Assembly: GCA_965218295.1 (NCBI GenBank)
Contig: CBDCKN010000009.1
Coordinates: forward strand, 480,001 to 544,000
Length of the DNA stretch: 64,000 nt
Reading direction: 5' to 3'
Source of the DNA: Longimicrobiales bacterium
Lineage (GTDB): Bacteria; Gemmatimonadota; Gemmatimonadetes; Longimicrobiales; Gaopeijiaceae
Shown: one piece after another, positions 42,788 to 54,678 of the stretch
Layout of the letters: every line of letters begins with the position of its first letter
Position numbering within the stretch: position 1 is the first letter of the stretch
Program-made: the position numbers and the translations under genes
Notes under the pieces: generated by a model
What the model was told of the DNA's origin: nothing
Database searches by the model: none
The model's input: only the letters and a program-made list of their open reading frames with translations

Positions 42788-44788
42788 ATGACGGGGAAAC
42801 GGTCCTGCTCCGCTTTTTCTTCGCTGGTGATTGCCACCGTAACACTCCCGGTGCAGCCGAGCCCGGCCGCGGCGCAGTCACAAGCTGTAGCCGAGTTTGC
42901 AGTGCATGCCGGCCGGCACAGCCGGGTCGACGTACCGGTCTCGGCGACGCTCACCGGCGTTCCGCTGCACTCGACTGCCGGTGTGCTGCAGCTCTACGAG
43001 ATCACCGGCGGAGATGATATCCCGATCGCGTCGCAATTGGAACCCGGCGCCCCGGGGCGCCTGTTGTGGATCGTGGACGGCGAACTCGCAGCGGGTCAGG
43101 TTCGGAATTATGAGCTGCGCGCCGTCGCCGAGCTGCCGCCCCGAACGGATAGGCGGCAGAACGTGCAAGTGGATGACGACGGGGAGAGCCTCTGGATTCG
43201 CGTCGGCGACAGGCCGGTGCTGGCTTACCGATATGCAGTTCAGCCGGTCCCGTCGGACGTCGACACGATCTTCCGTCGCGGGGGTTTCCTCCATCCGCTC
43301 TTCTCGCCACAGGGAGAAGTGCTCACGCGCATTCAACCACCCGACCACTACCACCATTACGGTATCTGGAATCCCTGGACGCACACGGAGTTCGAAGGCC
43401 GGACGGTCGATTTTTGGAACCTTGCAAGCCGACAGGGCACGGTCCGACCGCAGCAACTGCTGGAGCGTAGATCCGGACCGCTGGCTGGCGGCTTTGAGGC
43501 TCTACTGAGCCACGTCGCTTTCACCCCTCCGTCCACGGAGACGGTTGCGCTCCAGGAGCAGTGGAAGGTGCGGGTCTGGAACGTCGATCCGTTGAGGCGG
43601 ATCTGGCTGATCGATTTCGTCTCGAAGCTCAACCCGTTGGACAAACCGCTGAAGATTACGGCCTACCGCTACCAGGGCTTCAGCCTGCGGGCTACCGAGA
43701 AGTGGGGTGATTCGACTGTGACCCTGCTCACCTCCGAAGGATTCGACAAGAGCAATGCGAACAGCACCCGGGCGCGGTGGATCGACGTCAACGGCGTGTC
43801 AGCGACGCAAGCCGGGACGTCCGGCATTCTGATAATGACGCATCCGGCGAACTACAACTACCCCGAGCACCTGCGCATCTGGCCGACGGGAATGAATCGA
43901 GGCCGGGCAAACGTCTACGTCAATTTCAATCCCGCGCAGGACCGCGACTGGCAGCTCGAGCCCGGCCGGGCGTACGCACTGCAGTACCGCATGCTCGTGT
44001 ACGACGGAAAAATCAATGAGCACGTCGCCAACCGGTACTGGCTGGATTTCGCGGAGCCCCCGGAGGTCGAGACCTTCCCGACCGGCGCGCTGGATGGTGC
44101 CAGGGTACTGGTCTACACGCGCAATGGTGTGGGCTTCGTCCACGACAACATCGCCGCCAGCGTTGCCGCCATCCAGAAGATGGGCACCGAGAACGGCTTC
44201 GCCGTGGATGTCTCGGACGATCCAACGGTCTTCACACCTGACAATTTGCGGCAGTACGATGCGCTGATCTTCGCCAACACGAACAACGAGGCCTTCACAT
44301 CCGACGCGCAGCGTCTCGCCCTGCAGAGGTACATCCGCGGCGGCGGGGGGTTCGTTGGCATCCACTCGGCCAGCGGTTCGGAACGCAACTGGCCGTGGTA
44401 CTTCAAGCTGCTGGGCGGAACGTTCGTCCGGCACGCCCCACGACAGGACTTTACGGTCGACATCGTCGATCGGTCACATCCATCGACGGCATTCCTGCCT
44501 GACCGGTGGGACATAACGGACGACGAGTGCTACTATCTGACCAGGCTCAATTCGGGCATCCGTGTCCTCCTGGCAGCCGATCTGACGACAGTCGCCGATT
44601 CGGGACGCGCGGAGTTTCCGGGAACGAGATTCGGCGATGCAAATCCCCTCGCCTGGCATCAGGAGTTTGACGGAGGCCGTGAGTGGTACACCGCTCTCGG
44701 ACACCGAGCCGACGAATACCAGGATCCGAGGTTCGTGCGACACATCCTTGGCGGGATTCGCTGGGTAGTCACAGGAGGGTCGCGCTAG
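42788..44788 (+). CDS. Secreted PmoA-like (DUF6807-type) domain + ThuA domain protein
   Basis: FLHPL..P.GEVLT..QPPDHYHHYGIW; C-terminal ThuA (GFVHDNI, GGGFVGIHSA, WYTALGH). Confidence 0.8.
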   Translation: MTGKRSCSAFSSLVIATVTLPVQPSPAAAQSQAVAEFAVHAGRHSRVDVPVSATLTGVPLHSTAGVLQLYEITGGDDIPIASQLEPGAPGRLLWIVDGELAAGQVRNYELRAVAELPPRTDRRQNVQVDDDGESLWIRVGDRPVLAYRYAVQPVPSDVDTIFRRGGFLHPLFSPQGEVLTRIQPPDHYHHYGIWNPWTHTEFEGRTVDFWNLASRQGTVRPQQLLERRSGPLAGGFEALLSHVAFTPPSTETVALQEQWKVRVWNVDPLRRIWLIDFVSKLNPLDKPLKITAYRYQGFSLRATEKWGDSTVTLLTSEGFDKSNANSTRARWIDVNGVSATQAGTSGILIMTHPANYNYPEHLRIWPTGMNRGRANVYVNFNPAQDRDWQLEPGRAYALQYRMLVYDGKINEHVANRYWLDFAEPPEVETFPTGALDGARVLVYTRNGVGFVHDNIAASVAAIQKMGTENGFAVDVSDDPTVFTPDNLRQYDALIFANTNNEAFTSDAQRLALQRYIRGGGGFVGIHSASGSERNWPWYFKLLGGTFVRHAPRQDFTVDIVDRSHPSTAFLPDRWDITDDECYYLTRLNSGIRVLLAADLTTVADSGRAEFPGTRFGDANPLAWHQEFDGGREWYTALGHRADEYQDPRFVRHILGGIRWVVTGGSR

Positions 44789-44842
44789 GTTCCGGAAGCC
44801 AGCCGTCGGAGTGGCACGTACCATCCTCATGAGGCAGGTACG

Positions 44843-46300
44843 ATGAAGAAAAAACAATCGCCCGCCACGGGCACGGACATGTCGAGACGGAGCTACTTGA
44901 AGGCATCGGTCATTGGAACCGCCGGGGCGTTCTTCCCTTCGACGATACTGTCCGCCCGGGTGCTTGGACGCGGAAGCGTGGCGCCGAGCGACACGATCAA
45001 CATCGGGCAGATCGGGTGCGGCCGGATCGCCCGGGATCACGACATGCCGCTGACCATGCAGAACGCCGGCGTGCGCATGATCGCCGTGTGTGATCTCGAC
45101 ACCTTGCGTGCGGCCGAGGGGAAGCAGTTGGTCGGAGAGTTCCACGCCAGGGCGAACACCAGCGCCCCGGACGTTCGGGTGTACCACGATTATCGCGACC
45201 TCGTCGCCCAACCGGACATCGACGCGGTGGTGATCAGCACGCCGGATCATCACCACTTCCTGCCGGCTCTGGAGGCGGCGCTGGCCGGCAAGGACATCTA
45301 CCTGCAGAAGCCGTTCTCCTTGACAGTGCAGGAAGGCAGGATCCTCAGCGACGTGCTGCACCGTCTCGGAATTGTGTTCCAGGTCGGTAGCCAGCAGCGC
45401 TCGTCGGAGCCGTGGCCGCACTTCAAGAAGGCGTGCGAGTTGGTGCGCAACGGCCGGATCGGTGAACTCCGTACCGTGCGTGTCGGCCTCCCGGGCGATC
45501 CTCCAGGCGGCGATCCGACACCGACGCTCGTGCCCGTGAATCTCAACTACGACATGTGGTTGGGCACGACTCCCGAGGTGCCTTACACGCTCGACCGCGT
45601 GCATCCGCAGGAGCGAATTCCACCCGGGCGGGAGTACTCACGCCCCGGCTGGCTGCGGTGCGAACAGTTCTCGGCCGGGATGATCACCGGCTGGGGAGCG
45701 CATCACGTCGACACCGCCCACTGGGGAATGGGAACGGAATTCACCGGGCCCATCGACATCGAGGCAACCGCCGAGTTCGCCGCTGACGGGCTGTGGGACG
45801 TGCACGGAGACTTCCACGTAGAAGCGAAGTACACCAATGGCGTAACCATGTTGATCTCAGGCGAATTCCCGAACGGCGTGCGGTTCGAGGGTACCAACGG
45901 ATGGATCTTCGTTACGCGGAGCGGGGCGCCGGTCACGAGCAGTGATCCGACCTCCGGGCAGCGCGGCTCACCGCTCCAGGCCAGTGATCCGAAGATCCTG
46001 GAGTCGGAGATCGGCCCGGACGAGCTGCATCTCTACGAGAGCCCAGAACAGCACGAGAACTGGATCGACTGCATCCGGAGCCGGCGGACGACCGTCGCTC
46101 CGGTCGAAGTTGCGCACCGCTCCACCAGCGCGTGTCTCATCTCCCACATCGCGATGAAGCTCCAGCGCCCGTTGCACTGGGATCCGATCAACGAGCGGTT
46201 CCACAACGACGACGAGGCCAACTCCCTGTTGTCGAGGCCCCAGCGGTTCCCCTACAGCCTGGAGGGGGTGAAGGGGGGGGCACTGCGCCGCTCCCGGTGA
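44843..46300 (+). CDS. Gfo/Idh/MocA oxidoreductase with Tat signal
   Basis: MSRRSYLK, APSDTINIGQIGCGRI, STPDHHH, YLQKP, FQVGSQQRS, GWGAHHVD. Confidence 0.9.
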   Translation: MKKKQSPATGTDMSRRSYLKASVIGTAGAFFPSTILSARVLGRGSVAPSDTINIGQIGCGRIARDHDMPLTMQNAGVRMIAVCDLDTLRAAEGKQLVGEFHARANTSAPDVRVYHDYRDLVAQPDIDAVVISTPDHHHFLPALEAALAGKDIYLQKPFSLTVQEGRILSDVLHRLGIVFQVGSQQRSSEPWPHFKKACELVRNGRIGELRTVRVGLPGDPPGGDPTPTLVPVNLNYDMWLGTTPEVPYTLDRVHPQERIPPGREYSRPGWLRCEQFSAGMITGWGAHHVDTAHWGMGTEFTGPIDIEATAEFAADGLWDVHGDFHVEAKYTNGVTMLISGEFPNGVRFEGTNGWIFVTRSGAPVTSSDPTSGQRGSPLQASDPKILESEIGPDELHLYESPEQHENWIDCIRSRRTTVAPVEVAHRSTSACLISHIAMKLQRPLHWDPINERFHNDDEANSLLSRPQRFPYSLEGVKGGALRRSR

Positions 46301-46326
46301 GCGCCCGAGCAACGCCGAGTTCCGCC

Positions 46327-48885
46327 CTACCGCACCACTCTCCCGGAGGCTGACCCGGCCATGAGCGATTCCACTTCGCCCCTGGTGGAGTAGTTGATAT
46401 CGCCGACGATGGAATGCGCCAGGCAGGACGCGGTGGTCGCGAACCGGACGGCGGTCTGCGGCGAGTTCGGCTCGCCGCTGGTCAGTGCGAAGATCAGGGC
46501 GGCCGCGAACGCGTCGCCACTACCCACACGATCGACGATGCTGCGAATCTCGTAGGGTTGGTACGTCTCACCCTTGGTCGGCGCGAACCAGGCCCGGTCC
46601 TCGTCCGCACAGTAGAGCATCGCGCCCCAATTGTTGTGCGATGCCGTAACGCTCCCGCGCAGAGTGATGCCGACCTTCGCGACATTGGTGAACTGGGCGA
46701 CGAGCCGACGAGCCACGTCCGGGTAACTCGCGAACCGCAGATCGCCGGCCGCCACGTCCGTTTCCGCCGGCTGGATTCCCAACACCGCCGCGCAATCCTC
46801 CTCGTTGGCAATCACGACATCCACGTGCTGCAACAACTGCCGCATCGTCTGTTCAGCGAGTTCCTTGGGCAGACTGGAAGCGTCCCAGCGCCAGAGCTTG
46901 TTGCGGAAGTTGAGATCGCACGACACGGTGAGACCGGCCGGAAGCTGTCCCAACCGTAGTTGAAGGTTCCTGATAGGGGAGAAAGAAAAGTGGTGGCTCC
47001 GGGGGTCCCGGGCCGATAGGCTCGGGTAGGCAAAAACCCCAACACGGAGCCACCACGATGAAGAGAACGTACGAGGTAAGGGATCGGGCGGACAAGCGCG
47101 CGATCAGGGAGTTCCTGAAGCGGGAGGGGCAGTTTCTGCTTCCGATGCTTGAGCTCGTGGAGCAGACGGAGGTCGCGATCGACGAAGTCATCCAGGTGAT
47201 GGGACGAGCGACGATCGAAGCGGTGCTGGAGATGAGCGCCGAGGGTGTGGCAGGCGTGAAGCAGGCAGGTCGGTCACGAGCGGAAGACGACACGGTGTGG
47301 TATGGCCGGCAGGGTGGTGTGGTTTACCTGTCGGACCGGAAGGTGCGTGTGGAGCGGCCACGGCTCAGGCGCCGGGGCGCCGGGGAGGGTGGCGAGGTCG
47401 AGGTGCCGGCGTACGCAGCGATGCGGAGACCGGGCGCCGTGGCGGATCGGATGCTCGAGGTCCTGATGGCGGGGGTGAGCACGCGGAAGTACGGCCGTGT
47501 GATCGGTGAGATGGCCGACACGGTCGGGGTGAGCAAGTCGGCGGTGAGCCGTGAGACGGTCGAGGCCTCGGAGCGCGTGCTGAAGGAGCTGATGGAGCGC
47601 CGGCTGGATGCGTGGGACCTCCTGGTGATCTACCTGGACGGGATCCAGATGGGCTCGCACCACGTGCTTGCTGCGGTAGGCGTGGACTCAGACGGAAAGA
47701 AGCACGTGCTGGGCGTGAGGGAAGGAGCGAGTGAGAACGCCGAGGTGACCGGGGCGCTCCTAGAGGATCTGGTCGAGCGCGGCCTGGACCCGGGCAGGCG
47801 GCGGCTGTTCGTGATCGATGGCTCGAAAGCGCTCAGGAAGGCGATCGAGAAGGTGTTCGGCCAACGTCACCCCATCCAGCGCTGCCGCAACCACAAGCTC
47901 CGCAACGTGCTGGGTCATCTGCCGAAGGATCAGCATCCTCAGGTGAAGGCGGCGTTCCGGGCGGCGATGAAGCTGGACGCGAAGCAGGGCGAGCAGAAGC
48001 TCGAGCAGCTCGCCCGATGGCTCGAGCGCGACCACCCCTCGGCCTCGGCCAGCCTACGCGAAGGCCTCAGCGAGATGTTCACGATCAACCGGCTCGGCCT
48101 CCCGCCGCGGGCTGAGGAAGTGCCTGGGCTCGACCAACCTGATCGACAGCACCCACTCGGGCGTAAGACAGAAGACCCGCAGGGTGACCAACTGGAAGAA
48201 CGGAGCGATGGCCTTGCGCTGGGCTGCGGCCTCGTTCGTGGAGACCGAGAAGAGCTACCGGAGGATCATCGGCTACGACCAGCTCTGGATGCTCAGGGCC
48301 CACCTCGACGACCATGAACCGGTTGCCGAAATGAGGAAAGGCAGGCTAACAAGGAGACTCTCCGGAGCCACCACCTTCAACTGTCAGCGGGACACCATCA
48401 CCGGCCGCCTTCGCGGCTCGAGCGGCCACTAGTGTCGCTTCGGCCGCCGTGCGTGATAAGGAGGGCGTAATGCCGGTAAAGTGGAACCACTCCGCATCTT
48501 CAAAAACAACCGGCCAATCGTAATGGTCCGCGGCCGTTTGGCTGACGGTAGACTCCGCGCGATCGTACACCACCTGGCTCGGCCGCTGGTTGGCGCCCGT
48601 CTCGAGAAAATAGAGACCTACGCGACCGGCGTCTGTACGGACAATGTGTCGGGTATCGATTCCCAGTGCCCGCAGGGAGTCGACACACGCATCCGCAATG
48701 GCGTTATTCGGAAGCGCCGTAACAAACGCCGCCTGCGCACCGAGTATGGTAAGCGATGCGGCCACATTCGCCTCCGCGCCGCCAAACGTCACGTCCAGCG
48801 ACCCGGGTAACGCCTGCCGAAGACGTAAGAAACCCGGCGCCGCCATCCGCCCCATGACCTCGCCAAAGGTTACGACCCCGGCCAT
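46327..48885 (-). pseudogene. kdgK: 2-keto-3-deoxygluconate kinase (PfkB family) interrupted by IS256
   Basis: VVTFGEVM, GGAEANVA, HFTGITP, SCDLNFRNKLW, IVDRVGSGDAF. Confidence 0.9.
46941..48399 (+). mobile_element. IS256 type 1, copy E; 8-bp TSD ACCGGCCG; transposase frameshifted
   Basis: IRs; TSD at 46933-46940 and 48400-48407. Confidence 0.95.
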
Positions 48886-49039
48886 AAGAATCTCCCTGAA
48901 GACCAGTGTGATACCCTGCGTCATACCGCAGCTGCGATGTCTTTCCGGGACAAAGATATATGGTCTGAAAGGGATCGCCCGAAAGGGTCACGGTCGCTGG
49001 ACATCGCCGACGGCGGGTGCGATACTGGCCGGCCATCCG

Positions 49040-49185
49040 TCCACGACGGAAAGGTCGTGCGGCAGCCCGGACAGAACAACCTGGCCGGTTCCGCGGTCCC
49101 CATGAAGCAGAGCCGGGCGAACCTGATCGAGGGTCTCGGACTGAACGCCGTGGTTGTTAACCAGCTGACAGAACGAACCCCATGA
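49040..49185 (+). pseudogene. Possible C-terminal fragment of an N-acetylglucosamine-6-P deacetylase-like gene
   Basis: DGKVVRQPGQNNLAGSAVPM...NLIEGLGL, next to a nagB-like remnant. Confidence 0.45.
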
Positions 49186-49198
49186 AGGCCGTGGGGCA

Positions 49199-49734
49199 AT
49201 GAACGTCTTCGTATCGCCGAGCAAGGCGGAGCTGGTGCCCGGGCCGCAAAGCAGGGCGCGGTCCTCCTCAACCGCGCCATCGCCTCGAAGGGTCGTGCCA
49301 ACATCATCGTAGCCACCGGCACATCCCAGTTCGAGACGTTGCTGGTGCACCCGAAGCAGTTCTTCTTTGTCAACGGCGAAGGAGACGCAGAGACGGAGTG
49401 CGAACGACTGGGAACCATCATCGCCGAACATCCTGTCGACGTGGCATTCGTCGGAATCGGAGAGAACGGTCACCTGGCCTTCAACGATCCGCCGGCCGAT
49501 CTGGAGACGGACGACGCCTATATCATGGTGAAGCTTGACGAGGCCTGCCGCAAACAACAGATGGGAGAGGGCTGGTTCCCGACCCTGGACGACGTTCCAA
49601 CCGCGGCAATCAGCATGTCGATCAGGCATATTATGAAGTCGGAGTGCATAATCTGCAGCGTGCCGGTTGGAACAGGCGTCGAAACGAGTCGGCTAGCACG
49701 GCGCAACGGACTGAACCTGGAGCGGCAGGCATGA
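49199..49734 (+). pseudogene. nagB: Glucosamine-6-phosphate deaminase-like gene with internal deletion and truncation
   Basis: [13 protein letters not shown] joined directly to [25 protein letters not shown]; the DEY segment is absent. Confidence 0.75.
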
Positions 49735-50550
49735 GTGAGAACCTCTTTGACATTCAAGGCAACGTGGTGGTGGTGACGGGTGCGACGGGTGTTCTGGCGG
49801 GCGGCACGGCCAGCTACCTGCAGCGTCAGGGCGCCACCGTCGCCTACCTGGGCCGCAATCCGGAGCGGCTCGAGGCGACGTTGCAGGAAGCCGTGCGGAT
49901 CTCGGACCGTTGCTGTGGCATCACCTGCGATGTGCTGTATCAGGACGCGGTCGACGCCGCATATGGCGAGGTGATGGACCGGTACGGCCGCGTGGATGCG
50001 TTGATCAACGGTGCCGGAGGGAACATGCCGGGGGCCACGGTGGATCCGGAGCAGGACGTGTTCGACATTGAGATGGAGGAATACGCAAAGGTGCTCGACC
50101 TTAATCTCAAAGGGTCGGTCCTGCCGACGATGGCATTCGCAAAGGCGTTCAAGGCGCAACGGACCGGCTGTGTTGTGAACTTCTCGTCCATGTCCTCCCC
50201 TCTGGCAGTGACCCGCGTCCTCGGGTATTCAAACGCAAAGGCGGCCATCGACAACTTCACCCGCTGGATGGCCACGGAAATGGCGCTCAAGTACGGGTAC
50301 CACGTGCGCGTGAACGCTATCGCGCCCGGCTTCTTCGTGAGCGAGCAGAACCGCAGCCTGCTGATCAACGAAGACGGCTCCTATACGACGCGCGGGCAGC
50401 AGGTGATCGACAACACGCCGTTCCGTCGCTTCGGGAAACCAGGATGAGGTGTATGGCACCATCCACTACCTCATCTCGGACGCGGCCTCGTTCGTAACCG
50501 GGGTCGTCCTGCCGGTCGACGGCGGGTTTTCGGCGTTCAGCGGCGTGTAG
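49731..50550 (+). CDS. SDR-family D-mannonate oxidoreductase (UxuB-like), frameshift near 50440
   Basis: [42 protein letters not shown]; precedes uxuA. Confidence 0.85.
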
Positions 50551-50552
50551 CC

Positions 50553-51749
50553 ATGTACATGGAAGAAACATTCCGCTGGTATGGCCCGGGCGACCCCGTG
50601 AGCCTCCGGGATGTCAGGCAATGTGGATGCGAGGGCGTTTTCACCGCGTTGCACCATGTGCCGTACGGCCACGTCTGGCCGCTGGAGGACATCCGGCGGC
50701 GCAAAGCCGAGTTGGCGGAGTACGGACTCCGCTGGAGCGCGGCCGAGTCCGTGCCCGTGTCGGAAGACATCCGGACCCGCAGCGGCGAATTCAGACAGCA
50801 CGTCGACGCCTACCGGCAGACGGTACAGAACCTGGGTGCGGAAGCTGTTGAGGTCGTCATCTACAACTTCATGCCGGTGCTCGACTGGGTCCGGACGGAT
50901 CTCAAGCGGGTGCTGGCCGACGGAAGCGAGTGCCTTCATTTCGACCCGGCGCGTTTCGCCGCCTTCGACATCTTGCTGCTGAAGCGCGAAGGTGCCGAGG
51001 ACGACTACACCCCGGAGCAACTCGAGCGGGCCGAGGCCTTTTTCCGCACCCTTGACGCCGCCGCGAGAGAGCAGTTCGAGCGTTCGATCATCAACGTATT
51101 CCCGGGAGTCGACTTCGGCTTCACCCTCCAGGACGTGCGGGACATGCTCGCACGCTACGAGGGGGTCGGGCGCGAGGAGCTGGCGGGCAATCTCCGGCAC
51201 TTCCTGGAAGACGTAATTCCGGCCTGCGAGGAGGCCGGGGTGCGCATGGCCGTCCATCCGGACGACCCCCCGTACTCCATCCTCGGTCTTCCTCGCATCC
51301 TTTCCTGCGAGGCCGATGTCGAGGCGCTCCTGACCATGGTCGAGTCGCCCGCCAACGGCTTGTGTTTCTGCACAGGATCCTTGGGCGTGCGCCCCGACAA
51401 CGACCTGCCCGGCATGATCCGCCGCCACGGAGACCGCATCCATGCCGTGCATCTGCGCAGCACGGAACGGAGCCCGGATGGCAGCTTCCACGAGGCGAAT
51501 CACCTGGAAGGAACGGTGGACATGTACGAGGTGGTCAGGGCACTCCTGGAGGAGCAGATGGGGCGCAAAGCGGCGGGGAGCAGGGACTGGCGACTCTCCT
51601 TCCGACCCGACCACGGCCACACCATGCTCGACGATCTGGACAAGCCCGACGCCCCCAATCCGGGGTATTCCTGCATCGGTCGCATGCGCGGCCTGGCCGA
51701 GTTACGCGGGCTCGAACTGGGAATCGCGCGGAGCCTGGGGCTGTCATGA
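50553..51749 (+). CDS. uxuA: Mannonate dehydratase
   Basis: FRWYGPGDPV, YNFMPVLDWVRT, HPDDPP, FCTGSLG, FRPDHGH. Confidence 0.96.
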   Translation: MYMEETFRWYGPGDPVSLRDVRQCGCEGVFTALHHVPYGHVWPLEDIRRRKAELAEYGLRWSAAESVPVSEDIRTRSGEFRQHVDAYRQTVQNLGAEAVEVVIYNFMPVLDWVRTDLKRVLADGSECLHFDPARFAAFDILLLKREGAEDDYTPEQLERAEAFFRTLDAAAREQFERSIINVFPGVDFGFTLQDVRDMLARYEGVGREELAGNLRHFLEDVIPACEEAGVRMAVHPDDPPYSILGLPRILSCEADVEALLTMVESPANGLCFCTGSLGVRPDNDLPGMIRRHGDRIHAVHLRSTERSPDGSFHEANHLEGTVDMYEVVRALLEEQMGRKAAGSRDWRLSFRPDHGHTMLDDLDKPDAPNPGYSCIGRMRGLAELRGLELGIARSLGLS

Positions 51750-51775
51750 GGAAGATCGCGGCGAAGCCGCAGGTT

Positions 51776-52492
51776 CTACCCCCCGGCGTCGCGTTGCTCG
51801 TCGACGATCGCCCGGGCGCGGGCTGCGTTGATCCTGATGGCATCCCAGTCCTCCCGCTGGATCACGTCGCGAGGCGCAATCCATGACCCTCCGACCGCCA
51901 GAACGAGTGAGCTTGACAGATACGCGCGCACGTGGTCTGGCTTGATGCCCCCCAACGGAACAAAACGAACGCCCAGGTGCGCGTACGGCGCGGCCATGCT
52001 CTTCAGGTAGGACATCCCTCCAGTCGACTCGGCCGGGAAGAACTTGACCTCGCGGCAACCCAATTCCAGAGCCGCCTCCAGGTCGGACGCCGTGGCAACA
52101 CCCGGGGCAAATGGCAACCCGACCTTCCGGGCGGCCCGCACTACACGCGGGCTCAGACCTGGCGCGACGCCGAACGCGGCACCGGCGATTGCTGCCTCAC
52201 CCGCCTGTTCCGGCGTCAGCACGGTTCCCACCGCGGACACCATGCCTGGCACTTCAGCCCGAATAGCGCGTAGCGCATCCAGCGCCACGGGTGTCCGCAA
52301 TGTCAACTCCATGACATCGATACCGCCGTCCATCAACGCTGTTGCCAGGGGCACGGCATGAGCCAATTCGTCCACGACGAGCACCGCAACAACTCCGCAC
52401 CGCTCGATTCTCTCCAGCAGCTCAGCGGGGATTCGTGATTGCACTAGAAACGCCTCACTTGACCCCGTCTTGACGATACGAGGGATGCTCAT
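51776..52492 (-). CDS. eda: KDPG/KHG aldolase
   Basis: ELTLRT, GTVLT, PGVATASD, VKFFPAE, PLGGI, VGGSWI. Confidence 0.93.
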   Translation of the reverse strand: MSIPRIVKTGSSEAFLVQSRIPAELLERIERCGVVAVLVVDELAHAVPLATALMDGGIDVMELTLRTPVALDALRAIRAEVPGMVSAVGTVLTPEQAGEAAIAGAAFGVAPGLSPRVVRAARKVGLPFAPGVATASDLEAALELGCREVKFFPAESTGGMSYLKSMAAPYAHLGVRFVPLGGIKPDHVRAYLSSSLVLAVGGSWIAPRDVIQREDWDAIRINAARARAIVDEQRDAGG

Positions 52493-52825
52493 ATTACGCG
52501 CCGTTCGAGATACGGCCAGCGTTGGATGGGGAAGGGATAGGACGGATAGGCATTCTCAAAGACGCTTTCCGAGTGCGGCACCCTCTTGAGCGAGGCGGGA
52601 CCCTCCCCTTGCAGAACTGACCTCAGGCTAAGGTGAACGCTCGCCGTCCGGTCATGCAAGGACGAGACGAGCGCATGCGTGGATGGGCAGCGGTGGATGG
52701 AGCGGGGTGGACCCTCAAACCAGAGGTTTGTCACCGCTAGCGTCACCGCAGGACAATCGGTAGTCTAATCACAGAGGCCACTTAGGACCGTAAAGCCTTG
52801 CAGGGCTTAGTCTTGCATTAATCGA

Positions 52826-53629
52826 ATGGAGGATCGGACCATGAGACTCCCCTACTCCCTCAGGGCGGCAGGGGCCAGGCTGGTGCGCCACATGCCGGTC
52901 CGAATCAGGTCCGGCCCGAACCAAGGTCTCAAATGGAGCCTCGCCAGCTCGGGCCGGGGCTACGGCTCAGGCCGGTTCGAAGCCGGCCGGATCCAGGCAC
53001 TCCACGCCCTCGTGAGTCCGGGAGACCGGGTTTGGGATATCGGCGCTCACAAGGGCTACGTGGCGATGGCGCTGGCTCGGCGAGTCGGTCCCACCGGATC
53101 GGTTGTGGCCTTCGAGCCCTCCGGTACGAATCTCTGGTTCCTCCGAACGCACATCGACTGGAACGTGCTCACCAACGTCCGGATTCTCCCGGTAGCCGTG
53201 AGTGACCGGGATGGCCACGATCAGTTCGGAGGGCGGGGCTCGTCCATCACCTTTCGCCTGGGCCAGGGGAGTGAGCGCGTGCGCGTGGCCACGCTGCAGA
53301 GTCTGAAGGTCGAGGAGGGTCTGTCGACACCGAACATCATGAAGATCGACGTAGAGGGAAATGAGGCCGCGGTGCTGCGAGGCGCCGGTGACCTACTTTC
53401 AGAAAAGACGCTGCTGTTCATCTCGATCCACGGACCTTCCTGCTACGACGAGTGTCATGCCGTGCTATCGGAGCGTGGATACCGGCTCTACGAATCGACC
53501 GCTTTGGCAGAGCACCTGGCGAACCCGTCACTCCATTGGGGTGCCGACCATGAGCTCCTGGCCGTGGGGCCGAAGCACACCGCAGCAGAGGAGGTCATCG
53601 AGAGCCTCCCGTGCTTCGCCGCACCCTAG
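52826..53629 (+). CDS. FkbM-family SAM-dependent methyltransferase
   Basis: WDIGAHKGY, VVAFEP, MKIDVEGNE. Confidence 0.9.
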   Translation: MEDRTMRLPYSLRAAGARLVRHMPVRIRSGPNQGLKWSLASSGRGYGSGRFEAGRIQALHALVSPGDRVWDIGAHKGYVAMALARRVGPTGSVVAFEPSGTNLWFLRTHIDWNVLTNVRILPVAVSDRDGHDQFGGRGSSITFRLGQGSERVRVATLQSLKVEEGLSTPNIMKIDVEGNEAAVLRGAGDLLSEKTLLFISIHGPSCYDECHAVLSERGYRLYESTALAEHLANPSLHWGADHELLAVGPKHTAAEEVIESLPCFAAP

Positions 53630-53711
53630 AGGGCGGCGCCCCACTGCGGGCTTCCAGACCTCCTGAGTGACACGTAGCCTTGCGCACGTGAGGCCAGGAG
53701 GTGGCGCGCTG

Positions 53712-54382
53712 TCAGAGGATCTCTAACGGCTCGAAGGTCTGGAGCCCCTCCTGGTACCACTGCTCACGGAACGGATACGTGTTCACGTCGTCGATCGTGA
53801 GGCCCGCCGTCATCGGATGCTCGTACAGCGTGAGCGAGCCGCGCTCCTCTTCGTGCTCGGAGTGCGGGGCTTCCATGTAGATGTTGGCCTTGAACCGCTT
53901 GTCGCCCTCGACCGTGAACGCGTTGTAGAGGTTCTTCGACGGCTCGTACGAGTGCTGGGTCACGAGGAGGTCCAGAACCGGATCGGCACCGTCGAGCACG
54001 TTGACCTCCATGCCCTCGTCGCTCTCCGTGAACCTGATCTCCAGGTCCCTCATGTAGTGAGGGAGGTGCCAGCGCTCCATGGCGTGCAGCCGCGACGCTT
54101 CGGTGGAGGTGCCGACCACGAACGGTAGAACGCTGCCTTGGGGAGCGGTTTCCCCGGCTCGACCATCGGAGGGACGATCACCGCAAGGACGATCTCTTCG
54201 TACTCACCCACCTCGCTCTCGTGGAACTGGAACGCAGTCAGCGCGAGGATGCTGCGCTCGTGCTGCATCTCGAGCGGCTCCAGGTGCGGAGGGAGCAGCT
54301 TGCGCGCATCCGTGGTTGCCGTTTCGAAGAACGCCCCGACGCAGCGCCGGAAGCCGTAGTAGGTGTAGCCCATGTCGCTCAT
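53712..54382 (-). CDS. Acetoacetate-decarboxylase-like protein, frameshift near 54125
   Basis: DARKLLPPHLEP...VGEYEEIVLAV...ERWHLP. Confidence 0.6.
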
Positions 54383-54678
54383 GTATTTGCTCGCCTTTGA
54401 TCGGCAAGGCGAAAGCCCTCGCACCGGTCGGGACAACGTGAGGGGCAGGACCCAACTGGTCAACAAGCGGTCTCACGCGAGTGTTCGCGGGGTCGGCGGA
54501 CCGCCCTCCTATAGGTGCGGGCATCGGGACCGGAGCGCTATCGATACGAACTGATCCCCTGATGTCGGCCTCGCGACCCGGCTCGAGCGGAGCGGGTGCG
54601 GATCCCCGTCCGTCGAGCCAGGCCGCGTCGTCGAGGCCACATCCTGCGCGCGACCCACTCTACTCCTTCAACAGGACT

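Noticed and set aside
42788..44788. PmoA label implying methane oxidation
   Set aside because: Soluble secreted PmoA-like sugar-pathway domain; no pmoCAB membrane operon
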